Below, in pieces: positions 36,587 through 50,100 of a stretch of DNA of 64,000 nt. Position 1 is the stretch's first letter. Each line of letters begins with the position of its first letter. Source of the stretch: Styela clava (lineage: Eukaryota); NCBI RefSeq assembly GCF_964204865.1, contig NC_135253.1:6324001-6388000 (forward strand), given 5' to 3'. A model generated the notes under the pieces. The model was not told where the DNA came from and ran no database searches. It saw only the letters and a program-made list of their open reading frames with translations. The translations under genes and the position numbers were made by a program.

Positions 36587-37604
36587 TTGGTCGTTCCAAC
36601 TAAGCTTTTTATAAATTTAATCTACAAACAAAGAAAAGCAAAAGTAAATTCTTTTATGACTTCAAATAGCAATTGGAAATCACCGGCATTGCTGAAATAC
36701 TTCTGCAGCTCGTGCGTGGGGTTACAAGACGCTCGAACGCTAGACTACTGATTTCAGCTACAAGTTATACGTTATATGAGACGACCTTTCTGCACAGCGA
36801 ACGAAATTGTATTCAAATCGGGTGATAACCCTTTTTCGTAACAACTATAACAGTTACACACAAAACTCAATAGATCTCAAAGATCAATAGGGTATTAAGT
36901 TTTTACTTGTTTGCACGCCTCGGCAATCACATACGCCGAGAATAAAGTCGTTGTAAGAATAGGTGATAAGGTGAGTTTCGTATCTTAGGAAATTCGGGAC
37001 CGATATCTAATTCATTCCATTGAGTGCCGAGGAACCGGAACAGGGCGTGGGGCGTGTTTACACACTCATGCGATAGCCTATTATTATATACAAGGCAAAC
37101 AATGTTGGCGACATCGACTCCCATAAAGATGGGTGTACTGGAGGAGGCACCCTATTGAAAACAAGAGTTTCGGTTCTCGTAATTCGTGGCCTGCCGACTT
37201 TAAAACCGGTATGACCTTATTTCAAACTCAGAAGATTATCCAGAACAGAGGCGTATAGAGGGTGGCCCCATATTTCCAATCAATTCTTTTGCTGAATGAA
37301 ATTTTCTACTAAGTAGATAGTCGTTTATTTGCGACAACAGAAGACATATAGGTCCACTTACAAATGACTAAAAATATTAAATGTCGAAACGATTTTCATA
37401 CTGAATTTTGCTGATTTTATTAATTCATGAGAACACACGTTTTATTCAGTCATCGTTTTGTTAAGCAAACTCGTTGCACTCACTGGTTACTGGGGCCGAT
37501 GTGTATACTGTAATTCATGTTCTTTAGTCTCATTTGTTGAAATGCACCTTAATTAATACTTTTTCAACCATGTATTTTGGCACACAGATTTTAGAACACA
37601 CATA

Positions 37605-37878
37605 CAGATTGCACCCATGTATATTTTCACCCACGGACATTTGCACTCATAGTTCTTAATGCCTTTTCATCCATGTACGTTTGCGCCCATGCATTTCCAC
37701 ACATAGCCTTTAGCACACTCATTCAAATTGCACCCGTGGACGTTTGCACCAATATATATTTTTACGGACATTTTGCACACATGAATATTTGCAGCCATGG
37801 ACATTTGCACCCGTAGACAGTTGCACCCGTGGACATTTGCACCCGCGAACATTTGCATCATTGACATTAGCACCCAGC
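37605..37878. repeat. Degenerate ~15-bp tandem repeat (GGACATTTGCACCCGT-like), probably transposon subterminal
   Basis: TTTGCACCC/TTTGCACC units every ~15 bp; a related unit occurs in the ends of the MITE at 41212-41424 and at ~43950-44023. Confidence 0.8.
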
Positions 37879-40800
37879 TTTGAATCAATACAAATGTTCG
37901 TGCTCAAATATATGGGCATGGTAGTCAAATATTGAAAAATAGTAGTGCCATGAGACGCAATAAAACGCTAAAATTTCGACTGAAATATCAGCTGAGACCA
38001 AATGCCTCAGAAACACTATAAAAGTAGTAGCATTCAAGTACAGAAAATATAAAATCGATTAGCTGAATTATTCATTAGTTGCGTAGAACAGTTTTTACTT
38101 TTCACCTTACACGATCCATCGTGTCCGACAATGAATCAAAATAATTGTGGGAGAGCGACACAATATAAACACCCCCACCAAATCGGTTATATGTTGCATT
38201 CCGAGCTTCTCTTAGAGCAGTGGTTCTTAAACTTTTTGAGCCGCGCCCCCCTTTGGAAAATTTTACAAACTTCGCGCCCCCCCCTCCCCTCTTTTTGCTT
38301 TGAAAAAATGCTTTTGTGATGGACAAGTTGTTATATATTAAGATGGCGCTATAACTTAGTGTTGGTCTCATAGCGTCATTGCTCAGATTGTTTAGGCATA
38401 AAACGCTTCGGAGTACAACTTCGCCATTCACTGTCGATGTATAAAGCCAAATATAGTGGTTGGTCATCATACATTCTCGTTTTTCCGCTCAGTTTGCAAT
38501 TCTTGGCAAAGTCAAACTAGTTATTAAGTAAAACTAAACAAGCAATAAACTTATCCTTTAATGTATTTTCTGCTTAAACCTTTACATAAGACACGTAAAA
38601 TTTCAATCAATTGTTGTCGCTAAAGCGTTTGCGATTGCATTTTGTTTAAATCTCCATTGTTTACGGCAGCGTGGCGTGTTATTTAAGCCCTGCAAATCTT
38701 GATTTCGGTGTTTATTCTTCCTAAATCCGAAATTTCCCTCGACATATTCTTGTGCCGCAAAGACGATTATAATTACTTTTTTTTGTTCTCGCATGGAACC
38801 ATGACACCTCTGAGGAAAACGAGTTAGTTTTTATAATAATCATCAGCGACGAGATACTAATGATGAATAAAGAAGTGAATCCGTAAAAGTGGCATTATAA
38901 AATACTAAAAATAAAACGGAAAACGCCATGAGTTTTGTTTTGGGGTGGACCGCGACAGATTAAAAACACTTCCTTAGACATTGAAAATCTCATAAATTCC
39001 TTGTGTGTGCTCCACACCAGTAGTGTTCTAAAACTACAGACTTGATATAAATTTTACTCCGTGGGATCGCAGACTTAGAAATATCTGTAACGGTGATATC
39101 TTGAAATTAATCGAGTGGCGGCATTGCGATAGAGCGGAGTAAGAGATGCAGGGACAGCTCATGTTGGTGAAATTGGCAAGAATACAAATCAAAACAAAAT
39201 GTAATCGAAATTTTTATTGTTGCGGATTACCGTGTTATTTTGGAGTACTGGTGCTTTTATTTTGTCGACGCAATCGTAGATTTAATTTATCACGATTAAA
39301 TGAATAAAGCAACCATTTTAAATAAGTATATCAATCATGGATTGAATATTTTATTCAACAGAAAAACTATTACATATCCGTTGAAAAAGTCGACTGGCGT
39401 ATTCTCGAGGACTGACTCAGAAGCCGTACCGCGGGGATTTCGTTTCGATGAATATGAATTTTTCATCTACTAATATACTTTACATGTATTTTAATTGTAC
39501 TAAATTAAATATACTTTCTGGGATATTATACCAGATCTTTCTAATGACGACAACGAATTCGCATGAGGGCAATATATAAACTAAATATAATCGGGCAATT
39601 GATCACACTTTGTTATGTCCGCGGATTGGCGTGGTATTTTAGATAGATAATGAGTTTATTTTGTCGTGAGTCGCCGCAACCGCGAGTTACCTTGAACACA
39701 AATGAATTAAAATAGAGAGACATTTTGAATTATTGTAGTTACTGTATTACGAGACAGAAAAATTTAATTATAACACGAAAAAGTCGGTTTTTTTAACGAA
39801 CGCGGAGACCGCTTCAGGAGCCGTTACATGTAAATTTACGATTCCATCTTGTGACCTCTCAAATTCTGTGCGACTGCATCAGTTTGTATAGGTTTCGTGT
39901 ACATTTTGCTGTTGGTTTGAGTTTAGCTTAAAGTTCACCACCGATGTGATATTTTAGTTTGGTTCATTTTGCAGTTTATTCAGATATAACGCAATACACC
40001 ACTTAACTGGATATTTTACTATGTTATGAGGAAAATGTAAGACTTAGAATCCCCGGGATAATATGTGTTCGCATTTAATACTGTGTTGTGCATTTCCACT
40101 GCTCCTTTATTTAAGTAAACGGCATGTATTACCATAATGATTCCAAGCTGATAAAAATGATATCTTATCGTGTTTTTTCCCTTGTACTTTATGTCACATG
40201 GTGAGATTGTCCGTGCACTTTATATCTCATGTTTTAACTTTATCTGGATCTTTGGCAGTCTTCATGGATTTTCTTCTGTGTGTTTGTTTTGTGTAACGTA
40301 ATTATTTTTAGTTATCATAGTAGCGATATTTAAAATATTCTTATCTCATCATCATCTATTCTATTTTTTCACAGTATCCACTATAGTCGAAATTTAAATG
40401 TAATTTGGTTTGTCAATTCCTTAGAAGGTTTAAAAATTGGACTCAAAGTATTCTTTTATTCTAATTTTTCTCCCTCTCTCACTCCGAATGCGAAATTTGT
40501 CATGCTTATTTTGGCATATTGCAACCATGAAAACTTGTTATTGCACAATAGAACGAGGCAAATATGGGTATGTTACAAATCTTTGAACGCGATACCATTC
40601 TGTCCTGCCCTAAAGGGACGATTGTTAGGGTCTTATTGGACATGAAGTGTAGGCCTACATGTGGATCGTTTGGTTATTATGTTGTTGTTCTTGTTAGTCA
40701 TTCTTTTCTTCTTATTGATATAAAAAACCCGCCTTTCTAATTAACTACTGGAGAAATTGCTTTAAAATTTTCGGTGGTTAAATATTGTATTTGTCGCTAG

Positions 40801-41211
40801 AAGGCTATAACTGGTAATTAATTGGCTGTGGGCTCTGTACGATTCGTTTTCTGTGTGCGATGACGTCATTAAAATTAAATATTGCGCAATTTGGACCGGT
40901 TTCGCGTTCGTACATTCTGGTATCAGACGTGAAGTCGTGAAGGCTGCGTACCCTGCTATCGGTAGTCTACTGTTAACGATTACAAACATGTACTTCTTGG
41001 GCATATATTTGGGCATTTCTCTCTCTCTCTAATATGGTTGGCACCATACCGGGCTATTTAATTTGAACGTAAAATATTTTTTCATCGAACATGCCTTATC
41101 CTGTCATTATTCTCCAATGTAGTTTGTTTAGACCAAATAGTCTCAAAATAATTCAATCACTTTACACCGACGTTGCCCCACTATAAACAATTGACTAATG
41201 TAGTTTTTTTT

Positions 41212-41424
41212 GGTGACCGTACATTTAAACCCACGTACATTTGAACCCATATATTTGCACCCGTATATCCGCGGGTTCAATCTATGAGAGTGATAAAATC
41301 CACGGATTGGGTTCAAATATCCGTAAAAAAAAATAATTTTCATAGGTGCACTAATATGCAGGTGCAATTGTCGTGAGTTTAAATTACGGGTTCAAATGTA
41401 CGTGGGTTCAAATATAATGGAACC
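41212..41424. mobile_element. MITE with GG...CC termini and 15-bp subrepeats (Merlin-like)
   Basis: GGTGACCGTACATTTAAACCCACGTACATTTGAACCC...GGGTTCAAATGTACGTGGGTTCAAAT...GGAACC; flanked by G(T)7-8 on both sides. Confidence 0.7.
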
Positions 41425-44400
41425 GTTTTTTTATTGTTTATATAATTTTCATCTTTTAATAGCAGCAAATGCGTCATAGGGTGTCACAGCTTGATAACGT
41501 CTTGAGGTTTTCAGTGACTCCCTTCATAGGAATAACAATGTTTATCTTCTGTTTGTAAATGTATCTCTTATTTTTATGGGTTGGTGAGTACATATTACTA
41601 CTACTACTACGACTCGAGTACAAATTACATACTCTTTTTATAACAAGTAAAATTTATATCTTTCGATTATCTGTTAAATTCTCATATCAAGGATAATAAT
41701 AATCAGCCCTGTTGTGATGTATCTATTTCTCAGACAAAAAAAAAACTGACGAAAGGATTTAATTAGTGGTTTTTTATCATACCGATATAAACACACATTA
41801 TGTATACAAACTGCAGAAATGTAACAATATTAATAAATTCCTGCCCTTCAGCATCATCTAGAGGCGTGTTGTTTTGAGTTGTCTTATGCGTTATATTAGA
41901 AATTGTACGTAATAAAAAAACACTAATATTTTTTAAATATATGAAAAACAATAATTGTTATTGTATATCTGACTCCAGCTTGCGTGGATTTGATGAAGAA
42001 ATATAATTAGGCTGGTCATTGAGCACAATAACAAGGTCAAGCCTAAGGAGAACCCTGCCTCTGAATATTTTGTCTGTCTATTACTCTTTTCCCATCATTT
42101 GAATTCCATATTGTTTACTTTTATTTTACTTTTGATCACGGATGAAATTTCGTTTTCAAAAATCTAATTGTTACACTGATCATGGCACATTTACAGATAT
42201 TTACTAATCCTCATTTCATAGAGAACGATACTTTATAAAACACTAAACTTGGAACATGCGTCTTATGCAGTTAAGGCAGTATGTTCCCCAGCTTTTTATT
42301 TTAGGGGGGGTGTTTCCAAATTTAGGGGGTGTAGACATTTCGTTATTAGTGATAAAACTATTTCTAATTTATAAAAATGTGTTATGTATTTGATTGATCA
42401 TGTTCACCGGCATATGAGCCACTTTCTGAATATTCAAATACATTTTCATTTACGTTAAGAACTAAAGCATGGTGTCATACCTGAAAAGTAGGATGGATCA
42501 CTGAGTTAAGGTCATAATATGTCCATTCCTATTTCTGATAGAATTCTGACTAAACTCAGAAAACCACGAAAAAATGATAGATACAGTTATCGAATGTGAA
42601 GGCTGGAAAAAATTGCCATCGAAAACGTTGCTGCGATTTCCTTGATTTACTACAATAAATAGAATGTCGGATTCATGTTTTTTTTTCGTAAACGATCTCA
42701 ATGTTTATCAAAATTGCATTTGCGATTTATTGCAAACTTTCACGTTTGTTATGTTATCTGAATTTTATGCTTCCCGAGCCTTTTAAATGTTGTTGAAGTG
42801 TCCAGATTGAGAGTTTAAATTTAATAATACAGAGTGGGCTACAAAAGAAACGAGTCAGTTTGTGAAAAACATTGCCACATTATTTTGAAAACAATTTAAT
42901 ATTCGCGTATTCCATGTAATACTAAGAAAAGGTGGACTATTAAAAAAAAAAAAATAATTGAATTATTAAAAAAAAAATTAATTGAATGAATTGATTATTA
43001 TTTTAAATACATTGGAGGTGATATACCATTATTAAACTATTGAAAAAAAATTAATAATTTGCTCATGTCTCGATATTTCGCATCCCCAGCACGCCAAATT
43101 TTAACACGCCCTGTTTTTCAAAATATACACCCATGTTTGCTGCACATTTATAATAAAGTGAACAAAAAACAATAGAAAACAGACGATACGTCAAGACATC
43201 CTGTACAACATCCAACATATTGGAGTAAAATGTACAAAAAAACTCGAGGTTTCAAGGAATGAAATCGAATGTTGTTCATGATAGGTACAATGAAAACACA
43301 TAGCCACCAAATTAATATACTAAAATAGCTATTTAAATAGGCATTTTAGATAAGTGATTAAATATTTATACATTGTTCACTAATGTTATCGAATTTAATA
43401 TTTTATTACAGATAATTCTGTTTTTTTAACCTCATTCAAATTTGTGCCTATTTTTGCTAATGTTTAAAAAAGTATATCACAAAATTGAAAGTATGTATTA
43501 TATAATACATTTTTTCCTCGTACTTCATCTTGAACTTTCAAATCAATGAATTCCCTTTCAAAAGCAATATAATCACTTTGTTCGATAAATGATTTTGTGT
43601 AAACTGATTTGAGACGGATATCCCACTTTCTTTAATTTAATAAGGAAAGAATTTCAAATAACGCGAGGTGTGAATTTGAATAAATGTACCTTATAAATCA
43701 CAAACAATAAACTATTTTTATAGTTCATCAATTTATTTTATGTGTTTTCAATCTAATTGATGGATTTGTTTATAAATTCTCCATATCACCCAAATCACCA
43801 TTTGTGTTCACTTGTCGCCGGGATCCACTAAACCTTATCGCAAAAAAAAAAACTGGCTGTCCAACTGTGTATTTATTCAAAGTACAGATGAACAAATGAT
43901 GCTATGAAACTTCGTAAATTTAAGTACTAACCCTAACCCATGGGTTTTAGCACCTGCATATAGATTGAACCCGCATATATACACATGGGTTTAAATGTAC
44001 GTGGGTTTAAATGTACGGTCACCAAATTTTTCACATAACCCTAAAATACTCTTGTGTTTACCAGCGCCCCGGATGATTGTCAGCAAAACCGACTCAACCT
44101 GGAAATAGAAACTACCTGCTCTATGTACCGTAAGTGTGTATCTATAATATGAAGATACAGATAGATGAATAATCCCATCAAAATTCGTACGTTCAAGTTC
44201 CAAATTGAGCCATCGGCGCCATTTGCTCGACGAAAAATCACAGTGCTAAAATATTTGAAGTTTTGGTCAAAATCACTCAAGCGGAATATTTGCTGGGCGA
44301 CGGGTAAACTATAACTGTTTGGTTCGAGGTTTCGAGTTTTCATGCGAATTTTCAGGTTTTGTTTCTAATCTGGTAATTTTTTTTTAGGATATTCCTGTTT

Positions 44401-46099
44401 TTATTTCTAATAGGATGGAGCGTGCATTTTCTTAATTTTAAAAAAGTCGATGATGGTGTTTGGGCATAGCCTGGAGGAAATTCCCTGTTAAATGAGTTAT
44501 AGTTTAGTTTATTTCCACGCCTTTTTGTAATTTCTAGTTATAACTATAAGTTATAGTATGTATAAGTTAGTATAACGCAGCACATGCCCATACCCAAGGC
44601 GCAAATGATCAAAATTTCTCAATTTACCGATTATAGTTGAAGGCCCATATGACTTAACAAAACTTTTGCAATGCCAATTTGGAACCCCTGAATTAGAATA
44701 ATACAATAATGTTGGGTAGTTCCTGATCATTTGTCACTTGAAATTACTGAATTAAACATTGTTTAGCCTGAAAACTGAAAAATCAGTTCTGAAATCATGT
44801 AAATAATTCATCTCCAACTTTCTAACATAATTCAAATCTTTCTGATTCCAAATTTTCAACTTTTGCATGGTAAATAAATATGATGGTTTTCAACCAGAAT
44901 TCCGAGGAACACCAGTGGAATTCAAGGGCTCCCCAAGTTTACATTTAAATTTGGGAGTGTTTATTGATATATGTATATTGTTTGAATATAATCAAATACA
45001 GTATACATGTATAATATAATCATATGATAAGTTTGTTTCACTGGTGTTCTATGAAAACCCTCCAGGTGTTCCTCATCAAATTGTAGTTTCCCGTTTTTAG
45101 GTTGGCATATTTTATGATAACAAACATACATATAATCAATTGCACATGGGAAGCTTGAGCCTTCTTGTATGTTTCATTTGGTTTCGCTCCATCAAAAAGG
45201 TTGAAAATCACTGGGCAATACTAAAATGATAGCTTCTGAGTTAATTTAACGCATCGGTTAAATATTTACTGAAATGGAAATGAATGTCTCAATATACTAC
45301 AGCTATGCTAAAAGAAGCTTATTTTGGCCACACATATCGGCGCTAATGAAGGATACCCCCAATAATGAATGATAATAGTATATTCCCTCAGGCCCTCCCT
45401 ATGTGGCCAGCTTCTTCTACATACCTATGAATATGATAAAAAAAACTGCAGGGCTAGTTCATATGTTCGAGTCATATTATTGAGATTTTCTCCTCCAAAC
45501 CTAATATTTATCGAAATAGTCGAATTATATATTTTCAAATGTAGAGACCCCAATTTAAGTTGGTGTTCCATGCAAATGGGATGTTTATTATTGCTGCTTC
45601 TGTATTTATGGACTTCAATTTCTGAATTATATTAATATACCAGGCATAGTCGAAGTACACATATTCATTGAATGTTTGTAAGATTTGAACAATATGATTC
45701 TGTTAAAAAATATTCATCTACTCCATTTTGTAGTCGTTTAATTTGTCGATCTGATCAAACGAATTTTTCATTTATTTTGCATGTCCTGTTTTGCTTATGT
45801 TGTGCATAGTTTAGTATGGTGTGTTTTTCAGCTCTACTCTTAATAAGTCTCTGTTCTGTACAATCAGTTTCTCTGACATAGGGAGCTATTTAGTTAAAAA
45901 GTTTTTTTTAAGATTGTAACGGCTTACCTACCGTAATTTTTTATACTCTGGGTTAGGTTCCGAATTCACTAATTAAATTAAATGAAACACAATTGTGATG
46001 TATTTTTTTGAACGACCAATAGTCACGCCTTTTCCTCTGAGCAAGGCTCTATACAAGAATGCACTATCTGAGAAGCAACTATTAATTGGAAATATTTTT

Positions 46100-46233
46100 T
46101 TTTTAGGTTTTATCCACCCAATTTATTTCACCCTGAGTGAGGTAGGGGGCACGGAATTCGCACTCGAGATGTGTAGTCTGCGATTTCAGATTACATAAGT
46201 CGAACGCTTTAAAAGCTAGGTTAATGCGCCGCC
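46100..46233 (-). mobile_element. Degenerate tRNA-derived SINE
   Basis: Minus strand GGCGGCGCATTAACCTAG...GAGTGCGAATTCC (A/B-box-like). Related degenerate copies at ~48545-48620, ~48672-48782 and ~56884-57127. Confidence 0.55.
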
Positions 46234-46431
46234 TGATGTAGTTGTTATTAAATAATATTAATGATTGTTATACATTCTTTCTTAGCTTTCATCTGTGATA
46301 TAAAAATACTCCTCTCAAAGAGGTTACATTTATTAAGACTTTTTTTAACACTGTGAATTAATTGTGTACTCAGAGAAAATGGAAGAGTGTGATCAAGCAG
46401 CAGGTACCGTTTGTCATCAAAATGTGTAGGG

Positions 46432-46719
46432 CAGGGGTCGGCAACCTATGGCCCGCGGGCCGGCCAGATCGAATGTAATTATAATTGGACAAATGGCAAG
46501 AAAACGAGGAAAAGATGATGCAAATGGTTTTAACGGCATAGAAAAAATTCAAATGGTCAATCTTAGCTCGCTGCTTAAAATTTAACTTCTGACCTGTGTG
46601 AAAAAATGTGATTCATCAGCCACCCGTTCGGTTTTTAACTTTCTAAAAATATGTGCGGCCCGCCAATGACTCGCAACCTTAAATTTTGGCCGCAAGTGAC
46701 GAAAGGTTGCCGACCCCTG
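46432..46719. mobile_element. hAT-Charlie/Buster MITE
   Basis: TIRs CAGGGGTCGGCAACCT / AGGTTGCCGACCCCTG; perfect TSD GTGTAGGG. Confidence 0.93.
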
Positions 46720-46846
46720 GTGTAGGGTATAGAGTATATTAGTATATGGCTGCATGAAAACAATATTTTATGAATTATGTCAAGCAAGATGAGTTTTAGG
46801 AATTTGCGCATTTTTTTAAATAGAAACTGATAGGAAATAGAAACTA

Positions 46847-47011
46847 CTGTATATCCTCGTGTATAAGCCGACCGTGAATATAAGTAGACCCCCTAAAAAC
46901 ATCCCTAAAACAATGAATTTATAAAAGTTCGCATATAAGCCGTTCCTACAAATCGCAATCGCTACTTTTTTGAGTTTTAAACTAGGCTTATATGCGAGTA
47001 TAATTATACAG
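46847..47011. mobile_element. Tc2-like MITE
   Basis: TA|CTGTATATCCTCGTGTATAAGCC...GGCTTATATGCGAGTATA...TACAG|TA. Confidence 0.6.
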
Positions 47012-47126
47012 TAATCAAAATTACTATGGTAATACTAAAATTAATAACGCCTACTTCACTCTATATCTAGTTAGTTATTTTTTAGATTAATTACTGGTAC
47101 CATATTCCTCAATGTGTATAATTAAT

Positions 47127-50100
47127 ATGGACTCTGATAGTCAGGTGCTTTATTGTCAGCATCATGTTCTTGTGTTAAAATATATTTGACTATCTTATGA
47201 AATTTTATTTTAAATAATTTATATTAGTAAGTGTCATTTTTTTCGATGTTTCACTTATTTATCTATTTTTCGGGAAATTACAGGTGTTGAAGAATCTTCG
47301 TCAACTGAAGATAAAGGATACGGTGGATGGGAATATATTCTTGCTGAAGTTAAGGATTGTTTACCTGGTATTGATTCTGATTCGGAGGTAAATTTTGAAC
47401 TGAAATTTTACATTATTTTTAAAAACTTATGATTAGTAAATTGTCAATAAGTATTTTGTATCAATGGCATGTTATTCCTTTGTAATGCTTAATTTATTCC
47501 AATACTTATTTTATTGTTAAACATTTTTAATTCTTAATATAATTATATCAGCTTTACTTGAGGAAGTATCTTTTATATGGACTAATACTTGGTCTGCCTT
47601 CATGCAGCATATGAATAATTCATGACTGCTGTTGTCATTTCAAGTAATTGTGTTGAATTCCAATTTCAATGTGCATGCACTTACTCAGTATGTAACCTTT
47701 TATTTGGATATTTATTTTGTGGTGTTTTTTGTTTTCTTCTTCTCAAATTATATTTTAGAAACTTAATTTCAATCCTGATTTGTAATAATAACCAATTGTA
47801 TCTGCTTATTGGAATATGGTTCTGTGATAGACAAAGTTACTTGATACAAATTAATTGACATACCTATAAATCACAATTTACTATATTGAGTTTTTTTTTA
47901 TACAGTCAAGTACATTGCCAGAAGAAACTGATGGTGTATTTCAAAGGAAGATTGCAACATTTGACAATACAGATAGTGATTCAGATATCAGTTCATTAAC
48001 CAATTTTCCCAAAGCAGGCTCAGAAAGACATGATACTTCAACTCTAAACTCTGAAGGTACAGTCAATCAGATTATTAACAGCAAACACAATTGAATCTAA
48101 GGTTTTACTATATTTATAATATATGATATATCTCTTATACACATGGCAAAATGAATAATTGATTTCAATTAAAATGTTTATTGACTTTCTTGAAATCCGA
48201 TACTTCTTTTATTAATATGTTTGACCAAAGATAGGCCATTTTGAACGAAAGATGCATTTTCATATTTATGGTAGTCTTTTATATACTAGTAAACAGTGCT
48301 TAGTTCTTAACGCAAAACACTCAGTTTTCTTTCTTCAATTCGAATAGTAAATTATTAGCTTGGTTCAATAGAATTAAGCATATACACATATATAGATCAA
48401 AATACCGGTAAGTCAAAATAGATTGAAATCAACTCTTATTTCTTAATACAAGTCATGTTACTGATCTAAATAAAATGAGTGTTTTTTCATATGGCGCTTA
48501 CGATTTTTCCTCTAAACAAGTCTACTTGTCCACAAGCAATCAATCTGGCTACCCAATTTATCACACATGGGATTTGTAACCTGTAATGCCAGAACAATCA
48601 AGTTAAATGCTGTAACCTGTATTTAATGGTTTCATTTTTTGGCTTTGATTAATGGGATTTATTATTTCAGCAGTGCCTACCCTATTTATTACGATGGTGT
48701 ACATGGGATCTGAACCCGAGATGTGTTACCTGTAGTGCCAACACAGTCAAGTCTAACGATTTAACCGTTAGGCTATCATCTCACAATTAATATTAAAATT
48801 TCTTCGTTCTGGCACAAAGGTTATGCAAGTGCTTCAAGTTCCTCTCCGACTTCTAATACTTCATCTGCAACATCCAAATCAACGACCATGAATCCTGGTC
48901 TTTCATCATCATCCAGTGTCAATCAAGAACATTCTTCCATGTTATTATTTCAAAGACTTCACAATCATCTCAATACAAGGGACGGTGACAATCTTTGTGG
49001 AATAACTGATGATAAAGATGGTAATTTGATGAGATTTCTTCAGTTTTAGTTAATGATTCGTGATTTGTGGTACATGTTATTTAATATGTTATGAAGAAAA
49101 GGACGAACAGCATGATAGTCAGTGTTTTTCAATGTATGGGTTGCGACTTGTAACCCAAAGTTTGGCTGCATGATAACATTCTTGAGTTGCTTGTTTTTAC
49201 AGTAAGAAACATATAATAAAAATATTGATTTTATTTTCTGGTAAATTTTATTGTTTATTTTATATTGAACAGATGTTTATATATACCAATGCGAAGTATC
49301 ATGGCATAAAAACTTTACACCATTTACTTTTTGTTTATGATTTAATGCAGAATATTTGAGGGTGTCAGTGTCATAAGTAAATGCATCCATTTTTGTACGA
49401 CTGTCAGACCTCAAATGCTCAAAAGAAAAAGAAAAACAGTCTAAATTATTTGTATTAAAATCAACTTCAAATAGGAACAGCTTTGAATAAATTGAATATT
49501 CAATTCATTTCGGACATTCCTGTTGAAATTTAACTGTAGTGTCTCCTAACAAAAATATTGCTAAAAATCTGTTCTGAATTAAACCATGATGGTCAAATAG
49601 TGGTTTGCAACCTACCATTTGAACTATCGTATATTCTTGTTATAAGCATATGCTGAATTGAAGTAGATATACGATTTCTTATTGATTTGAGGTTTGGTTA
49701 TTTATTACATTGCTGTTTCATAGTTTGTCTTTTTTTTTAACGAGAGTGTCATAGGATATTGCCTTGCCATTTGTTAGAATCCTAATCTTTTATCTCTTAC
49801 AGATTTACATTTGACTGACATGGATCTTGACTTACCCCTATATGAAAATGATAAGCTGACATTTTATACAGAAAATGATGAAGATCATTCACCTCCCCCT
49901 ATGGATATGAGAAGAGGTAGACTCTCAGAATGACTCTTGAATGGAATTACCATTGAGCGGTTTTGTGATAGTAGCTTTTGTCGGAACCTAAGTTTAGTTT
50001 ATTACTTTACAATCAAACCCATGAGTATCATAAATAGTAGGCTTTATTTCACTTAATTAAAGGTTAGCAGTGCCTTAAAGCAGTACATAATGAAACAAAT

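Noticed and set aside
37000-44000. Additional protein-coding gene between the TNF ligand and DNAAF8
   Set aside because: No in-phase exon chain or recognisable protein found; ORFs are short and partly repeat-derived. Non-coding exons cannot be excluded
46100-46233. tRNA gene
   Set aside because: No cloverleaf or acceptor stem; it is a degenerate SINE head with related copies elsewhere
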